From: Flaccisagitta enflata
Lineage: Eukaryota
Direction of reading: 5' to 3'
NCBI GenBank assembly: GCA_965153355.1
Contig: OZ231126.1
Coordinates: forward strand, 40,238,001 to 40,302,000
DNA length: 64,000 nucleotides
Positions 27,441 through 40,671 of the stretch are shown one piece after another; position 1 is the first letter of the stretch, and each line of letters opens with the position of its first letter. The notes beneath the pieces are model-generated. The model did not search any database. It was not told the origin of the DNA and was given only the letters and a program-made list of their open reading frames with translations. A program made the translations under genes and the position numbers.

Positions 27441-28027
27441 GGGTGTGTTTCTTCTTAAAGCCACAATCCCGTTTCTGATGAGGGTTTTACAATTCGCGAT
27501 TTTATCACCCTCGTCCTGAAAAAATATCAGCCTCATGCAGGAGTCGAACCCACGCTAAAAAAAAACTAACTATTTGAAACCGGGGCCTTCGCCCTTACCA
27601 TCTGCGCTAATGAAGCTAATGAATTTAACTGGGAAACTGTGTTTTACAAACTTGTTTAAGACAGAGGCAATTGAATAAGATAGCCATTACATAACTCAAC
27701 TCCATAAGATGAGCCAAGGTTTTAGCATGAGGCCATAGAAATTGTGTAATCTTGAGTGACTGCCCAAATGGCGTAGCTGGTAAGGGCGTTGACTTCAATT
27801 TCAAAAACTTCGAATACAATAGACAATTTCGAATGGGTTTGAATCTTCCTTGTTCTTCTAATTTTTTCAGGATCACTGAAGTAAAATCGCGTTTCTCAAA
27901 ACCCACCTTTTAGTGCTTTCACGCTCAAGGAAAAAAAACATGATAATCATGTTTTTCCAATGAATAAAACCTTATTATCAGGATTTCTTCCTTGAGCGTG
28001 TTTGTGTCTTCGAGTAGAGACACACCC
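27441..28027. mobile_element. MITE with GGG termini and 4-bp TSD (Sola2-like signature)
   Basis: GGGTGTGTTTCTTCTTAAAGCCAC vs GTGTCTTCGAGTAGAGACACACCC; TATG on both sides. Confidence 0.65.
27530..27616 (-). pseudogene. tRNA-like / Pol III head sequence
   Basis: Reverse complement has a 7-bp acceptor stem GCTTCAT/ATGAGGC, A box TAGCGCAGATGG, and T arm GTGGG-TTCGACT-CCTGC. The anticodon region is not stem-forming and contains a T run. Confidence 0.6.
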
Positions 28028-30927
28028 TATGTCGACGTTATGGGTGGTCTTTCCTTCCACTTTCCTTTGTCTCCCCGTCACTCTCCCGATGCTTACAACT
28101 TTATTTGTGACGATTTATTTTTTGTAAGCCGGTAGGGTTGATTAGGGAGGTCGGAGTGCAGAGTGGGGCATACAGCTTCGGGGGATGGATCAATACCGAC
28201 AAAAAGTGGCTCCACGAAAATCCACAAGAAAAAAACAAGCAACAAAAAATATCAGCAACAACCCTATTAACAGCATAAACAACAAAAATAAAAAAAGCCA
28301 AAGACAAAAACAAGAGCAACAATAAAAACAACAACAGCAACAACAAAAACCACCTCAAAAACAACAAAAACAAAAACAAAAACAACAACAACAACAACAT
28401 ATTTATCAACAACAGGAAACAGCCACACCAAAAGGTTAAAAACAAGATGGCGAATATGAGCAGATAAGTGAAAAATGTTTGCTGTTACCATATGCTTTTA
28501 TCTATCATGACCTGATATTTGATTTATTTTGAATAAAGAATGAAAGAAGAGAGAGAGAGAGGAATGCAACGAACGAGCAACATAAGTCGCGTGTGGGTTG
28601 GCAGGGGCAGTGATAAAAGACCAAGCACTTGGGCGTGAGCAGTAATGCAAAAACACCCCCCCCCCCAAGAAAAAAAAACGAACGAAAAAACAAATTGTTA
28701 CTCACCGACCGTCCGACCAACGTGCACGTCACCAAAAAGCAGGTTGTCCGTCAGCGAATTTGGGTGCGTTCATTAACGGGAAATGATCGCCAGTTCAGGA
28801 ACAATGCCATACAACTGTTCATGAATGAGTAAAAGAGGCTCTTTGCCAACGATTTTGTTCAGGGAGTGCCATAAAAAGCTCTTTCATGAATGGCAAAAAA
28901 ATCCACTCCACCAATGATTTTGTTGGTGGAGTGGATTCTTTTGCTGTTGATGAACGACTCAATGTGAATGTTCATGAATGTTCATGGCATAGTGATATCC
29001 CATTAAAGAATCTCTGACCCAGGATTGAGTTTTCCTGGATTTAGGTGATAAACTCGAACACAGCGACACAGTTTCACTGTTTTAAAAGATTTTTTCTCCC
29101 TGAAAATAGACATTCTGTTATGTGACCAAGTCCCAAAAAAGGTGAGAGGTCCACTAAATATGAATCCAGTAATTTCTCCTAAGGCCGTAGTGCCAACTGC
29201 AACTCTCTCATCCCCTCTTTCCTGCCGCCCCACTAGAGAGGTCATTCTCATTGATTTCCTCTCCCTCCTCCCACTTACACCCAACCCTTACCCCCTGTTT
29301 CTCATAACTGATGATACTGTACATAGAACATTAATCCCAGTTCATCCATAGACAGACTTAGTCACGTTACCGGTGTAACAAATGAACGAATAATTATATG
29401 TTAAAAGAAGGTCTATAAATATTAGACTTAATTTGCAGCTTCTAGACTGCTGAGTGGTATAATCAATTTGCTGAAATGCGCAATCATGGGAAGAGCAATC
29501 CTCGCTTGTGCTGTATGAGATTTAACAAGGCATAAAACCATGTGGATAACATCGATGGACTCATTGAAAGATTACCTCAGTTCCGGATTTTGTGAGTAAA
29601 AGCACTCTGTTGTAACTATCCAGAAATCTCAGAACCAACATTGATTCTTGAAACTGGTTTATCGAACAGGAGGCCTCCCCTATGTAATGCTGAAGAAAAG
29701 CATTGATTTGAATTGACTTGTGATTTGTGATCCTTTGAACCTAAGACTTTTCCTCCAACCGGATACCCAGTAGATGTGATGAAACGTGAGTGATGAGAGA
29801 TTACGAGGCAATGCACAGAGCAATTGAAATGCAAATGAAACGAATCTGCTTGAGAAATTTCAGTGCAACATTTATGTACACCATAGGTTGGATGTGTTTG
29901 ATTTATTTTATCCACTTTGCGACATTACTCTGAAATGTGTTCTTGTGTATCAACAAATTGTGATACTGATCTCCATCGATGAAACATAAGACAAATTTAT
30001 TGTTTTGAGAAAGCTAAAAACCTTGAGAGCGAGTATACCCTTTTCATGCCATCTCGACCGAGATGGCAATTCGCACAAAAAAATGGCAAATCCAATACCC
30101 CCACCCCCTCTCAAACCTCTACATCTCGGCGTAACTCCTCCCATGGCTCCACATCTTCATCGGGATCAATCCAACATCATGGAGCCACATCTAAGAAGAA
30201 ACGCTCCCGTCCATCAAATCCTGGCGTCGCATCTGGTAGTCGTTCATCACCTTCGTCCTTACCTCGTTCATCGTCCCTGCATCGTGGAAAAATCCCGCAA
30301 AAGAAACGCATTCGCCTTTCAACCTCCGGCGTCTCATTCTGCACGAAATAAACTTTCCTACATCACTCGTTTTTGCATTTCACGGTTCCCATAATCGTTT
30401 CCCGTCTTCGTCGTCATCATGGATCTTTCTCTTTCGTCTTCATCTTCGTCGTCGTCTTCGTCGTCATCTTCGTCGTCATCTTTGTCGTCATCTTCGTCTT
30501 CGTTTTCAGCGTCTTGGTGCGGTGCCCGGCCGCTGACTCAGCGGTGCCCGGCCGCCGTCTCAGCGGTGCCCTACCGCCATCTTACGGTGCCTGGCCGCCG
30601 TCCATACAGTGCCTGACCGCCGATTGAGCGGTGGCCTTTTCGCGTGTTGTGTCATTCCTCCCCCCCCCCCCCAAACGTATTGAAAATTAAAAAAGAAATC
30701 AGTGCTCGTCAGAATCATCATCAAGTCGACAAACCCCCCCCCCCCACATAATTGGATTGGAAAACGAAAAACTCATCAGCTTCATCATCATCATCGTCGT
30801 CGTTCAACCTCGCGTCAATTTTTCATTGCCGTTTTGTTTTTACATTTTCATTTTTCGTTCACCGATTTATATCAACTAATTACAATGTGCTCCATGTCTC
30901 CGTTGGCTTTCTTGCGCAATATTCTCT

Positions 30928-30999
<72 letters not shown>

Positions 31000-31260
31000 A
31001 CCCATTATGTCTTGCGTTCAATTTTTGTTTAAGTTCATCAGCATTTTTATTTGCATTACTTTCCTGCATTGAATTTTGCTACTGATTTATTATCTACTGT
31101 CGGTCGGATCATTGCTATACCTATCACTAATTATGATCTGTCGTTTTAATGATTATTTTGTATCATTTTTGCGTTTTACTCCATATACTTTGTTTACATT
31201 ACCTGATCCTGTCTAGAGTCACCACGTCGTTACTCCTAAATGCGCGCTTCTCTTCTCTCA

Positions 31261-31351
<91 letters not shown>

Positions 31352-31485
31352 CGTCACCTTTTTTTCTGTGAAAAATTGACTTCCGGCAATTTTTCAGAAA
31401 AGAGGGGGCGCAACCGAGGAGAGACGCTCTCTCCTCTCGTCTCTTCTTCTCTCTCTCTCCTCTCTCTCTCCTTCTCTCTCCTCAG

Positions 31486-31493
31486 TATAAAAG
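31486..31493 (+). promoter_or_regulatory. Candidate TATA box upstream of gene copy 1
   Basis: TATAAAAG in a CpG-containing, (CT)n-flanked segment about 200 bp before the start of the duplicated block. No functional evidence. Confidence 0.3.
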
Positions 31494-31806
31494 AGCGCGA
31501 CCTGGTTTCTCGTGGCAGATCTCCTTTATCTCGTCCTCTCTTCGGTTTTGACAAATATACACGCATTTACTCAGACTTGACTGTCTTTTCCTTTGATATA
31601 CCCAGAGCATTAGGCTCTACTGATGACTAATAGCATCTGTGAGTAAAAGCTTAACGGAATCCGACAACTCAGCTGGATGACCCGGTAAATGGCAACAACT
31701 GTTAGAAATATAGTCATCATAAGCTAAAGTAAAAAAAAAACGGAAATGAGTGATGATTGTTGTTGCGTGAGTATCACACATCCCTCCGAAAATTTTCCAT
31801 TTACAG

Positions 31807-33193
31807 TAAGAATAGAGGCGTTCCTCGACACTCCGCCACTCAAATCCGACGCGGAATTAAAGCTCAAAGCGGCCGTCAAGCCAACGCCCAAAAAGACGAG
31901 ATGGCCCAGGAAGTGGCCTCGATGAAAATACTTTTGGAAGCGCGCAACAGGGAACAGGAAGTCGCCGACGCCGAAATCGCCGACATGAGGTGAGTGTAAA
32001 GTTAGCTTTAAGCGAAAGGACTAGTAGAGACAAAACAAAGGAACATTAATGTAATTGTACAATTAGGCGAGCGGACACTTTCTTTTTAAAATACCAAGCC
32101 TATTGGACCAACTCATTGGAATTGAGATCCATGAGTGGATGGGTAGATAGGTGCTGCCCGTGAGTAAAAACATTTTTAAACCCTTTGTTTGAATCCACGT
32201 AAACTCAATAATTTTTCTTAATTTATTTATTCATTCATTCACTCCATCGTTCATTTATTTATTCATTCACGTCTTTATCTAATTCTCCGTTGAGACCATT
32301 CATTCAGTCAATAATCTAGTCAATGATTTTCTTCGCAGAAATTGTTTGAAAGAGCTCGAGAAAAAGACGAGACAAGAACCGGAAGTCGTCGAGGTCAGCG
32401 CCAATGCCAACAATTGTGTGGTGGACCCCAATGCCGTGAGGTTTTCGATTGAGGAAGACGGCGGCGCCTGCTCCCCCCCCTCGACATCACGACCCTCAAG
32501 TGTGAAGGTTTGAACATAAAGCTCATTGCTGATCTGGCTGAATTTTTGCTTCTCCTGCATGCCACTTAACTGTCTAAAACAAAAATCAATTTGAACTTTT
32601 TTCTACTTAAGATTGATACAAAAAGCCCGATTGCACAGAGACTTGTGCCTCCCTTCCGCGCCACGCCCAAGAAGTCTAGGGTGACGCCCTCTGACCACGT
32701 GGAGAAGTTGGAGTCGGCGCCCAAGCCACTGTCTCCCGCCGGTCGGGCGATGCGGGCGCTCTTCAAGACGCCAAGGAAGATAAAGGTTCGTAACTACTGT
32801 TTTTTATTTTTGTTTGCTGTTCTTTTGTTTTTTTTACCAATATAAAGGAGTCAAATATTTTTACCAATAATACATTAAAGCGCCTTTTATTTCACTTCAC
32901 AGAACACCGCGGCATGTGGCGTTTGCGTCGCCCGTAGTGCAGCAGAAGCCGCCAATAGGCGGATGAAAAACGCCAACGCCAACAACAACAACAACAACAA
33001 CGGCGAAAGGAAAAAGAAGACCAACGACCCCATAAAGAACACAGAAAGCTCAGAGAGGTGGCGGGCGAAGAACCTCGAATGGGCTAGGACCACAGCCCGA
33101 AAAGGAATGGCCTTCCTGCGCTCAAAGGACGTCCCCGAGGAACCGGAACCGGAACCGGAAACGGAACCGGAAACGGAAGAGAGCAACGATTAG
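31807..33193 (+). pseudogene. Spliced gene of unknown function, copy 1 (4 exons: 31807-31989, 32339-32507, 32612-32785, 32903-33193); frameshifted
   Basis: GT-AG introns with matching phases. The first exon is 183 nt versus 208 nt in copy 2 (25-nt deletion between AAG microhomologies, causing a frameshift). Ends ...EPETEESND*. Confidence 0.75.
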
Positions 33194-33199
33194 ACTTTC

Positions 33200-33393
33200 G
33201 CACTCGCCTCAAACTCGCCTCAAACTAGCCTCCAACTCGCCTCCAACTCGCCTCTAACTCGCCTCCAACTCGCCTCTAACTCAATTCCGACTCGCCTCCA
33301 ACTCGCCTCCAACTCGCCTCCAACTCGCCTCCAACTCGCCTCTAACTCGCCTCCAACTCGCCTCCAACTCGCCTCCAACTCACCTCGAACTCG
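33200..33393 (+). repeat. 11-bp array (AACTCGCCTCC)n directly after the stop codon; also 43216-43420
   Basis: Direct reading; present in both gene copies. Confidence 0.9.
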
Positions 33394-33546
33394 TTACGTC
33401 ACATTGTTTTCTTCTGCTTTATATAACATGTTATGAGTTTATTCTCTATTAAAAATTTTTTGATTAAAAAGTAAAATCTCAAGATTTTTTGTCTTAATTA
33501 GTTAATCAAGAAGAGGAAATGAAAAACAAACACTGTTGATGTTTTG

Positions 33547-33578
<32 letters not shown>

Positions 33579-33792
33579 GACGCTCAGTCTCTGTCAGGAT
33601 CCCAGTGCTCTTTTGTTTTTTCACTGGAACGAGTTAAAGGGATTTTCCATCAGATGCTAGATGTCCTCTCATTGCACCTTAGTCAACAAAAAAAAAAAAA
33701 GAACAACCATATCTTGCGCAGATTAGTTTAGATGAAAGTGTAAAAAAAAATAAAAAAATAAATAAAAAAATAAATAGATAAATGAAAATATA

Positions 33793-34366
33793 CAGTAGAT
33801 GTCGTCTAGACTTGGAAATACGGGGGAATTCATAACAGGAAGACAAATTTACTTAAGAGACTGATATTTGGCATATAGATTAATAAAAGAATGCTTTGTC
33901 GCCCATGAGTGTTGGTTGCTATGGAAACACATTTTCATGTATTCACGCTAAAGTATCAACATCTTGAGAAATTTCTTTAAGGAACATTGTTTAAAATAAA
34001 ATTTGCTACAACTTTCCCACAGTATGTTCTGTAAGAATATTGCTCGTTTAGCCATTGCTAGGGAGTGTAACTATGTGTGACAGCCCTGTGATGCTCCCTA
34101 GCAACCGCCAAACCAGCGATATTCTTACAGAACATACTGTGGGAAAGTTGTAGCAAATTCTATTTTAAACAATGTTCCCTCAAAAAATTTCTCAAAAAAT
34201 TGATACTTTAGCATAAATACATGGAAATGTGTTTCCATGGCAACCAACACCCATGGGCAATAAAGCATCCTTTTATTAGTTTATATTCCAAATATCACTC
34301 TCTTAACTTTATTTGTCTTCTTGTAATGAATTCCCCCGTATTTCCAAGTCTAGACGACATCTACTG
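33793..34366. mobile_element. Fold-back (almost wholly palindromic) MITE with CAGTAG termini and TA TSD
   Basis: CAGTAGATGTCGTCTAGACTTGGAAATACGGGGGAATTCAT is mirrored at 34326-34366; arm symmetry continues to a centre near 34075. Absent from the paralogous segment near 43990. Confidence 0.9.
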
Positions 34367-34991
34367 TATATATATACCGGGTGGTCAAAAAAAAGTGTTT
34401 TTTTTATTTACTTATATCTTTTATAAAAAAATGTTTACGAAAAAAATTTTTTTTTTGCTGAAAAGATATGGTGCAAGAAAATTTTTTTTATTATTGTAAT
34501 TTCTGTATATCTTTTTTATATTTGAAGCTATTTACAATTGATTCAATTCTATTTTAGACCGCATTGATTTTTTGAAAAATATTTTCGTATAAAAACTAAA
34601 ATCTGTTTACAGATTCACTATTTATAGTTAAAGATGACTCGAAACCTTGAAAAAAATCTAAGAAAAATTTTAAAAATACATGCATACAACAAAATAAAAG
34701 ATACTTCTCAAAAACATTCTTTTGTTTTCTATTCAAAACTCTTTAACCAAAGCTTGGAGACTTACAATTAATTATGTTTATATCAGACATGACCGAGTTA
34801 AAGTATATGTTTTTTCAAATTAGCTGATATTTATGTTATTACTGATCTAAGCAAACATTTTTTTTTATACTTATATAGTTATTTGTTTGAAAAAATCAAA
34901 AAAATTTATTTTTTTTGTACACTATACTTCATTTTTAGAATATTAACTTATAAAAAAAATTCAAAACCTATTGGAGATTTTCTTTTTCTTT

Positions 34992-35072
<81 letters not shown>

Positions 35073-35899
35073 GGCGGCACCTTGGGGGTCATTTGAGGTC
35101 AAATTTCAGAGCTCTTCCGCCAAATAACCAGGCACTCTATGTGGAATTTAAAAAGGAATTGAGGCAAGCGGAGGTCGGTATCTTGATAAAAAACCCGCAC
35201 GGCAACGTTTGCCCCAGTACAAAACAGTGGTGACGTTTTTTTTTTCTTCATTTGGATACAGGAATCTCTTCTAGAGCTCTTATCTTCCGAACGAATTGTC
35301 TTACAACTTCCATCATTGTCCCATTTTGAAGATATCAAACAGATCTTTAAAATGGGCCTAATCTCGGATCTGTAGGTCAATTCGTTTAGAAGTTACACTA
35401 TTTAAATGTTCATGCTAACATTTGATATGCATAAAACCGCTATTTCTGTTGTCTCTCCTCATGCCTATCACCTCTTATGGCTTCCCACATTCTTCCATTC
35501 TATTGAACGTTCATTCATTCATTCATTCATTCATACATTCATTCATTCATTCATTCATTCATTCATTCAATCGTTCATTCATTAAGTCAAACGCAGAACA
35601 CATTTTTTATTACATTCAAATGAACTCATGTGAAATGCCAAACAACCTCCATCATGAACAAGGCCGTATACACTCCCCCTCAATTGCGGACGGGTATGCA
35701 GGAGCGGTATGGCAAAAAAACGCTCTCATTTTGTTTTGGTTACCAACGGACCGACGGACCGACCGACCAACCAACCGACGCAGCAATGTCTAGAGTCGCG
35801 GGTCCGCGACTAACGATATAAAATTTTGCAATCAATACTGTAATACAAAATTTCATTCAAAATCTGATTTTTGTTCAAGCTTAGGTCGTTTTTGGCGAT

Positions 35900-36679
35900 T
35901 TTTAGGTGCGCCATAGCACCTCTATAACTAGCTCTGTCTGTCGGTTGGTTGGTCGGTTGGTTGGTTGGTCACGCTCGAGTTGAAATTCTCAAAAAGAAGC
36001 AAAAATCACTGGAAATGTTTCAGAAATATGAGGTGATGATTTTTCGGTGCCCCATAGCACCTCTATAAGAGGTTCTGTCTGTCCGTCCGTCCGTCCATTC
36101 GTCTGTCCGTCCGTTCGTCCATCCATCCGTCACGCTCGAATGAAAATGTTTAAGAAAATGTTTAAGATCAAATAATCTATTGAAAGCTCATTTTGTTCAT
36201 CATTGATGATACTCGTCATTTCATCCACTATAGTAATCAGCTATGGTTAGGTCTGATAGGGTTGGGATAGGTCTGATAGAGCTGGTGATAGGTCGGGTAG
36301 GTCTAATAGAGCCGGGGATAGGTCTGATAGAGCTTGGGATAGGTCTGATAGGGCTTGGCATAGGTCTGATAGAGCTCAGGATAGGTCTTATAGAGCAAGG
36401 GATAGGTCTGATATAGCTAAGGATAGGTCTGATAGAGCTCAGAATAGGTCTGATCGAGCTAAGGATTGGTCTGATAGAGCTGGTGATAGGTTGGATAGGT
36501 CTGATAGAGCTCAGGATAGGTCTGATAGAGCTAGGGATAGGTCTGATAGAGCTAGGGATAGGTCTGATAGAGCTAGGGATAGGTCTGATAGAGCTAGGGA
36601 TAGGTCTGATAGAGTTAGGGAATGGTTTAAGGATTAACAACGCCCGGCGCACCATCTTGGCCCGTGTATCTGGCCTTGT
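35900..36679 (+). mobile_element. Family A variant (GGTGCGCC/GGCGCACC sub-TIRs) with a 21-bp array (GATAGAGCTAGGGATAGGTCT)n at 36250-36620
   Basis: 5' TTTTAGGTGCGCCATAGCACCT; 3' GGCGCACCATCTTGGCCCGTGTATCTGGCCTTGT; abuts the transposase remnant. Confidence 0.75.
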
Positions 36680-36943
36680 GGATGGTAGCTTTGCAGAGCC
36701 CGTTGCGTAATTTTGATGTTGCCTTCCTTGTAGCATTCTTCGCCATCAATTGAATGAAGCGTTCAACATGTTGAGTGTTGCTTGGAACATTGATCTCGAG
36801 CGGTGAATCTTCGTACTTTTGTAGGGCTTCATCTGAGATCTTTCGTAAAATTGGCAGTGACGTAACCAATTCGGTTTCCCAATTGATCATTGAATCAAAA
36901 GTCGAAGCTTCATAAACTGGCTTTGGAACTTGGAAGTTCCTGA

Positions 36944-37010
<67 letters not shown>

Positions 37011-37230
37011 TCATTCTTTCTTTCTTTCTTTCTTTCTTTCCCCACTTGCTCGACCAAAATGGATATCCATTCTCTGTCAGAATCGGCCGGAATCTGATTT
37101 TTTGGGTCCTTTAGCTCTTTGATTTTTTTCCCCGAGTTTTGACTTTCACGAATCCGACGTGGCGCCAACGTAGATGCGTATAAAATGAAACAGGAACAAT
37201 TCCATGATGTGCAGAATGCACACAAACTTG
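36680..37230 (-). pseudogene. C-terminal remnant of a hAT-superfamily (hATm-like) transposase
   Basis: Reads ...LAPRRIRESQ...[(CTTT)n insert]...KVRNFQVPKPVYEASTFDSMINWETELVTSLPILRKISDE...VPSNTQHVERFIQLM...LRNGLCKATI. This resembles the RxFxVP..A...MIxW / P(C/S)(H/N)TQxVER pattern recalled for this group. It lies inside a long-TIR element. Confidence 0.7.
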
Positions 37231-38020
37231 AGAGATCAGAGAGAAAAGAATTAGAGAAAGAGATAAATAAAAGAGAGACCAACAGTGACAGACGAAGATA
37301 GACAGAAACAGACAAAAATGGACAGAAACAGACAGAATCAGTACAACATACAATCTTTGTTTTGTCCACTGAGAGGGTGTTTCTGTCACAGACAATCGCG
37401 TTTTGAACAGGCCTTTTGGTCGCTCGCTACAATCGTTCGCTCGCACTGCTCGATCCACTCTCTCACTCCGCAGCGCTCTGCTTCGCTACACTCACTCACT
37501 CTGTTCACAGGCTCGCTCGCTCACTTGGCTCACTCCCTTGTGGGAAAGTGGAAATTCTTGAATATGTGTTCATGCCGTAAACGCGTTCAATGGTATCAAA
37601 CACGTTTTTCATCTTCACTACAAACACGCCCTGACTGTCATAGGATGAACGGGTCAAATGTTTTTTTTTCTGAGAAAAGTATCTACTTTAAAAGCAATTT
37701 GCTTCTAAACAAATAGACCTGCAGATGTCAGATTGGTCCCATTTTGTAGATCTGTCCAAAATCTTTAAAATAAGACCAATCTGAGGTCAGTCGGTCAATT
37801 CGTTTCAAAGATATGAGCTCTAGAAGTTACGTTATCCTAAAAATGGAGAGATAAACTACAAGCACTGTTTTGTTCATGACCAAAGTGTTGCCGTGCAGGT
37901 TTGTTTTTGAAATATCGACCTCCGCTTGTCTGACTTCCTTTTTAGATGATACATAGAAGATATGGTTAGTTGGCGGAAGCGTTCTGAAATTTGACCTCAA
38001 ATGACCCCAAGGTAACACTT

Positions 38021-38142
<122 letters not shown>

Positions 38143-39147
38143 AAAGAAGGAGTCAAATTTCAATGTTGCGTATGAGTTTAATGAAATAATGATGCGTGAG
38201 TAAAAATGTTGGTATCATGAACAACGAAAATGTAAATCATTTTACGCGTTTCACATAAAGCTCTTCAGAAATGATCTGTAGCATGAAATTAAAATGAAAA
38301 TAAATTAAAAACGAATCAAATTGCAAAAATACCGCAAAAAAAGTCGCATATAGGGTCTTTTTTTCAGTAGAAGATGTTGCAAAATTGAGTGGAGAGAAAA
38401 GGGCAAACAGAATGAATCTCTTGAAAGTTTGGAAGTCACAAACTCAACCAGGCTTTTGAGGATTGAGAGAGAAAGTACCATCTATGAGACAATGACAAAA
38501 TCATTCTGTTGTTGCTCTTTTTATGGAAAATCACAGTTTTGATTCATTAAGGGCTGGTCGAAATTTCTTAATGAACGAGCTCTCATAGGATAGAATGAGG
38601 CTATGCGGGTATATATATATATATATGTATATATATATACGCTTTGATTTTGCACATTCTGCCGAAGCAGACATTTAATATTCTTTGAACCGTACTACTT
38701 ATTTGAGCCGCATTACTAATGCTTATTTAGTAATATTTTATACTCTGCTTTGCAGCATAAATTTTCAACATTCTGCCAAAGCAGACCTTTGTCTTTCAGT
38801 AAAAAAATTTGGAATTTTGTACCAGGGACCCCATCCACCTTCAACCTTACTTAGTCTAAAAGTCAGTTTCTTTTTTTTGTTCTTCTTCTTCTTTTTCTTT
38901 TTCCTCTCCTTTTTTTTATTTTTCATTGCCTTCCTTTTTTCCTCTTCTCTTTTCTTTCCTCTTCTCTTTTTTTTCCCTTTTCTCTCTTTTTTCTTCTCTC
39001 CCTCCCCCTTGTTTCTTTTTCCCCTCAAAGCGCGAGGACCCCCAAAGCGCGAGGCCTGAGGCCAAGCCTCATAAGCCTGCTTGTTGATCGGGCTCAGTGT
39101 TGAAGGGTTTGAAAATGCCAAAAAATGAGCATTTTAGGAGCTGCATT

Positions 39148-39191
<44 letters not shown>

Positions 39192-39199
39192 TGTGTGTG

Positions 39200-39234
<35 letters not shown>

Positions 39235-39236
39235 GT

Positions 39237-40671
39237 CTGGGCCCGATCAACCATGTGCAAGGCCTGAGGCTACTGTTGCCGCGAGGCCCCTGTATATAGA
39301 ACAAGGTCGGATACACAGCTACCAAAGTCACGTGCGGGTAAGCAGGGGCACCAGGTTTTCTGTAATAGACAAACGTGAGATTAATACCCAAGCAATACCC
39401 AAGAAATACCTGAGCAATACCCGAATACCCTAGCAATACCCAAATACCCAAGTATACCCTGGGTATTAATCTCACCTTAGATATTAAACACATAATCTAT
39501 AATAGAAAAACATGAGATTAAGACCCGAGTAATACCCGAGAAATACCCGAGCAATACCCGAGCAATACCCGAATACCCTAGCAATACCCAAATACCCAAA
39601 TATACCCTGGGTATTAATCTCACCTCAGAGATTAACCACATAATCAGTAATAGAAAAACATGAGATTAATACTCAAGCAATACCCAAGCAATACTCGAGC
39701 AATACTTAAGTAATACCTGAGTAATACCCAAGCTACGGATGTGGAAGCGATTGACTGCTTCCATTTTGGAGGACGGGATAGCTACTAGTATTTGTACTAC
39801 AAAATGGAAGCGGAAGCAGAAGCGGAAGCGGTGGAAGCGGCACTAAAATAGACCGCTTCCACATCCCTAACCCAAGCAACACCCTAGTAATACCCAAATA
39901 CCCGAGCAATACTCGAATACCCGAGTATACCCAGGGTATTAATGTCACCTCAGATTACCTGGTGAGGGGCCATATTTGAGGTCACTAGATGATTTAGGAA
40001 GGATCAGTGAGAAATAATATCAGAAAGAAATAAAGAGGGGACGGAAGGACAGATGGACGAGTTGAATAGTCGCGTGCACGCTACCAAAAAGTAACTTGGG
40101 GTTATAATATTGTTGTGGATGGGTGGGCAGGGGCGTCCAACAACCATCCACACTTTTCCTCACAGACAAAATGACACAAGCAACTAAAACGATTGTTTTT
40201 CCAATTTTTGACTCAATCATTATGGCAAACTAACAGACCAACGGACCACCAGACAAAGCCTCTTCGGCGGTTTTACATCTTGTCCTCAAACCTTAGGGCC
40301 ATTGTTAGAATTTAAGATTTTTGTCTCAGGGTCTGTTTTAAACACTTTAAAAGACATAAGATTTAATGTAAAATGTGTAACAGAGCTTGATATGGAATTT
40401 TGTACCAGGGACCCCATCCACCTTCAACCTTGCTTAGTCTAAAAGTCAGTTTCTTTTTTTTGTTCTTCTTCTTTTTTTTTTTCCTCTCCTTTTTTTTCTT
40501 TTTCATCGCCTTCCTTTTTTCCTCTTCTCTCTTTTCTTTCCTCTTCTCTTTTTTCTCTCTTTTTTCTTCTCTCCCTCCCCTTTGTTTCTTTTTCCCCTCA
40601 AAGCGCGAGGCCCCCCCAAAGCGCGAGGCCTGAGGCTAAGCCTCATTAGCCTACTTGTTGATCGGGCTCAG
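39237..40671. mobile_element. TIR element (CTGGGCCCGATCAAC...GTTGATCGGGCTCAG) with nested family A element; further copies at 38811-39097 (right part) and 44828-45930 (right end lost)
   Basis: 15-bp TIR, repeated subterminal GCGAGGCC motifs, and three homologous segments in the window. No TSD found. Confidence 0.7.
39734..39869. mobile_element. 136-bp hAT-type MITE
   Basis: TACGGATGTGGAAGCG / CGCTTCCACATCCCTA termini; perfect 8-bp TSD ACCCAAGC; empty site in the paralog near 45316-45323. Confidence 0.9.

Noticed and set aside
27530-27616. Functional tRNA (TTCAAA suggested a Sec/opal anticodon)
   Set aside because: No anticodon stem, and an internal T run would terminate Pol III.
29440-29915. 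Possible exon or ORF in unique sequence
   Set aside because: Candidate frames contain stops or show no recognisable motif.
36221-36736. 171-aa SSIRPIP-repeat ORF
   Set aside because: Translation of the 21-bp array within a family A variant.
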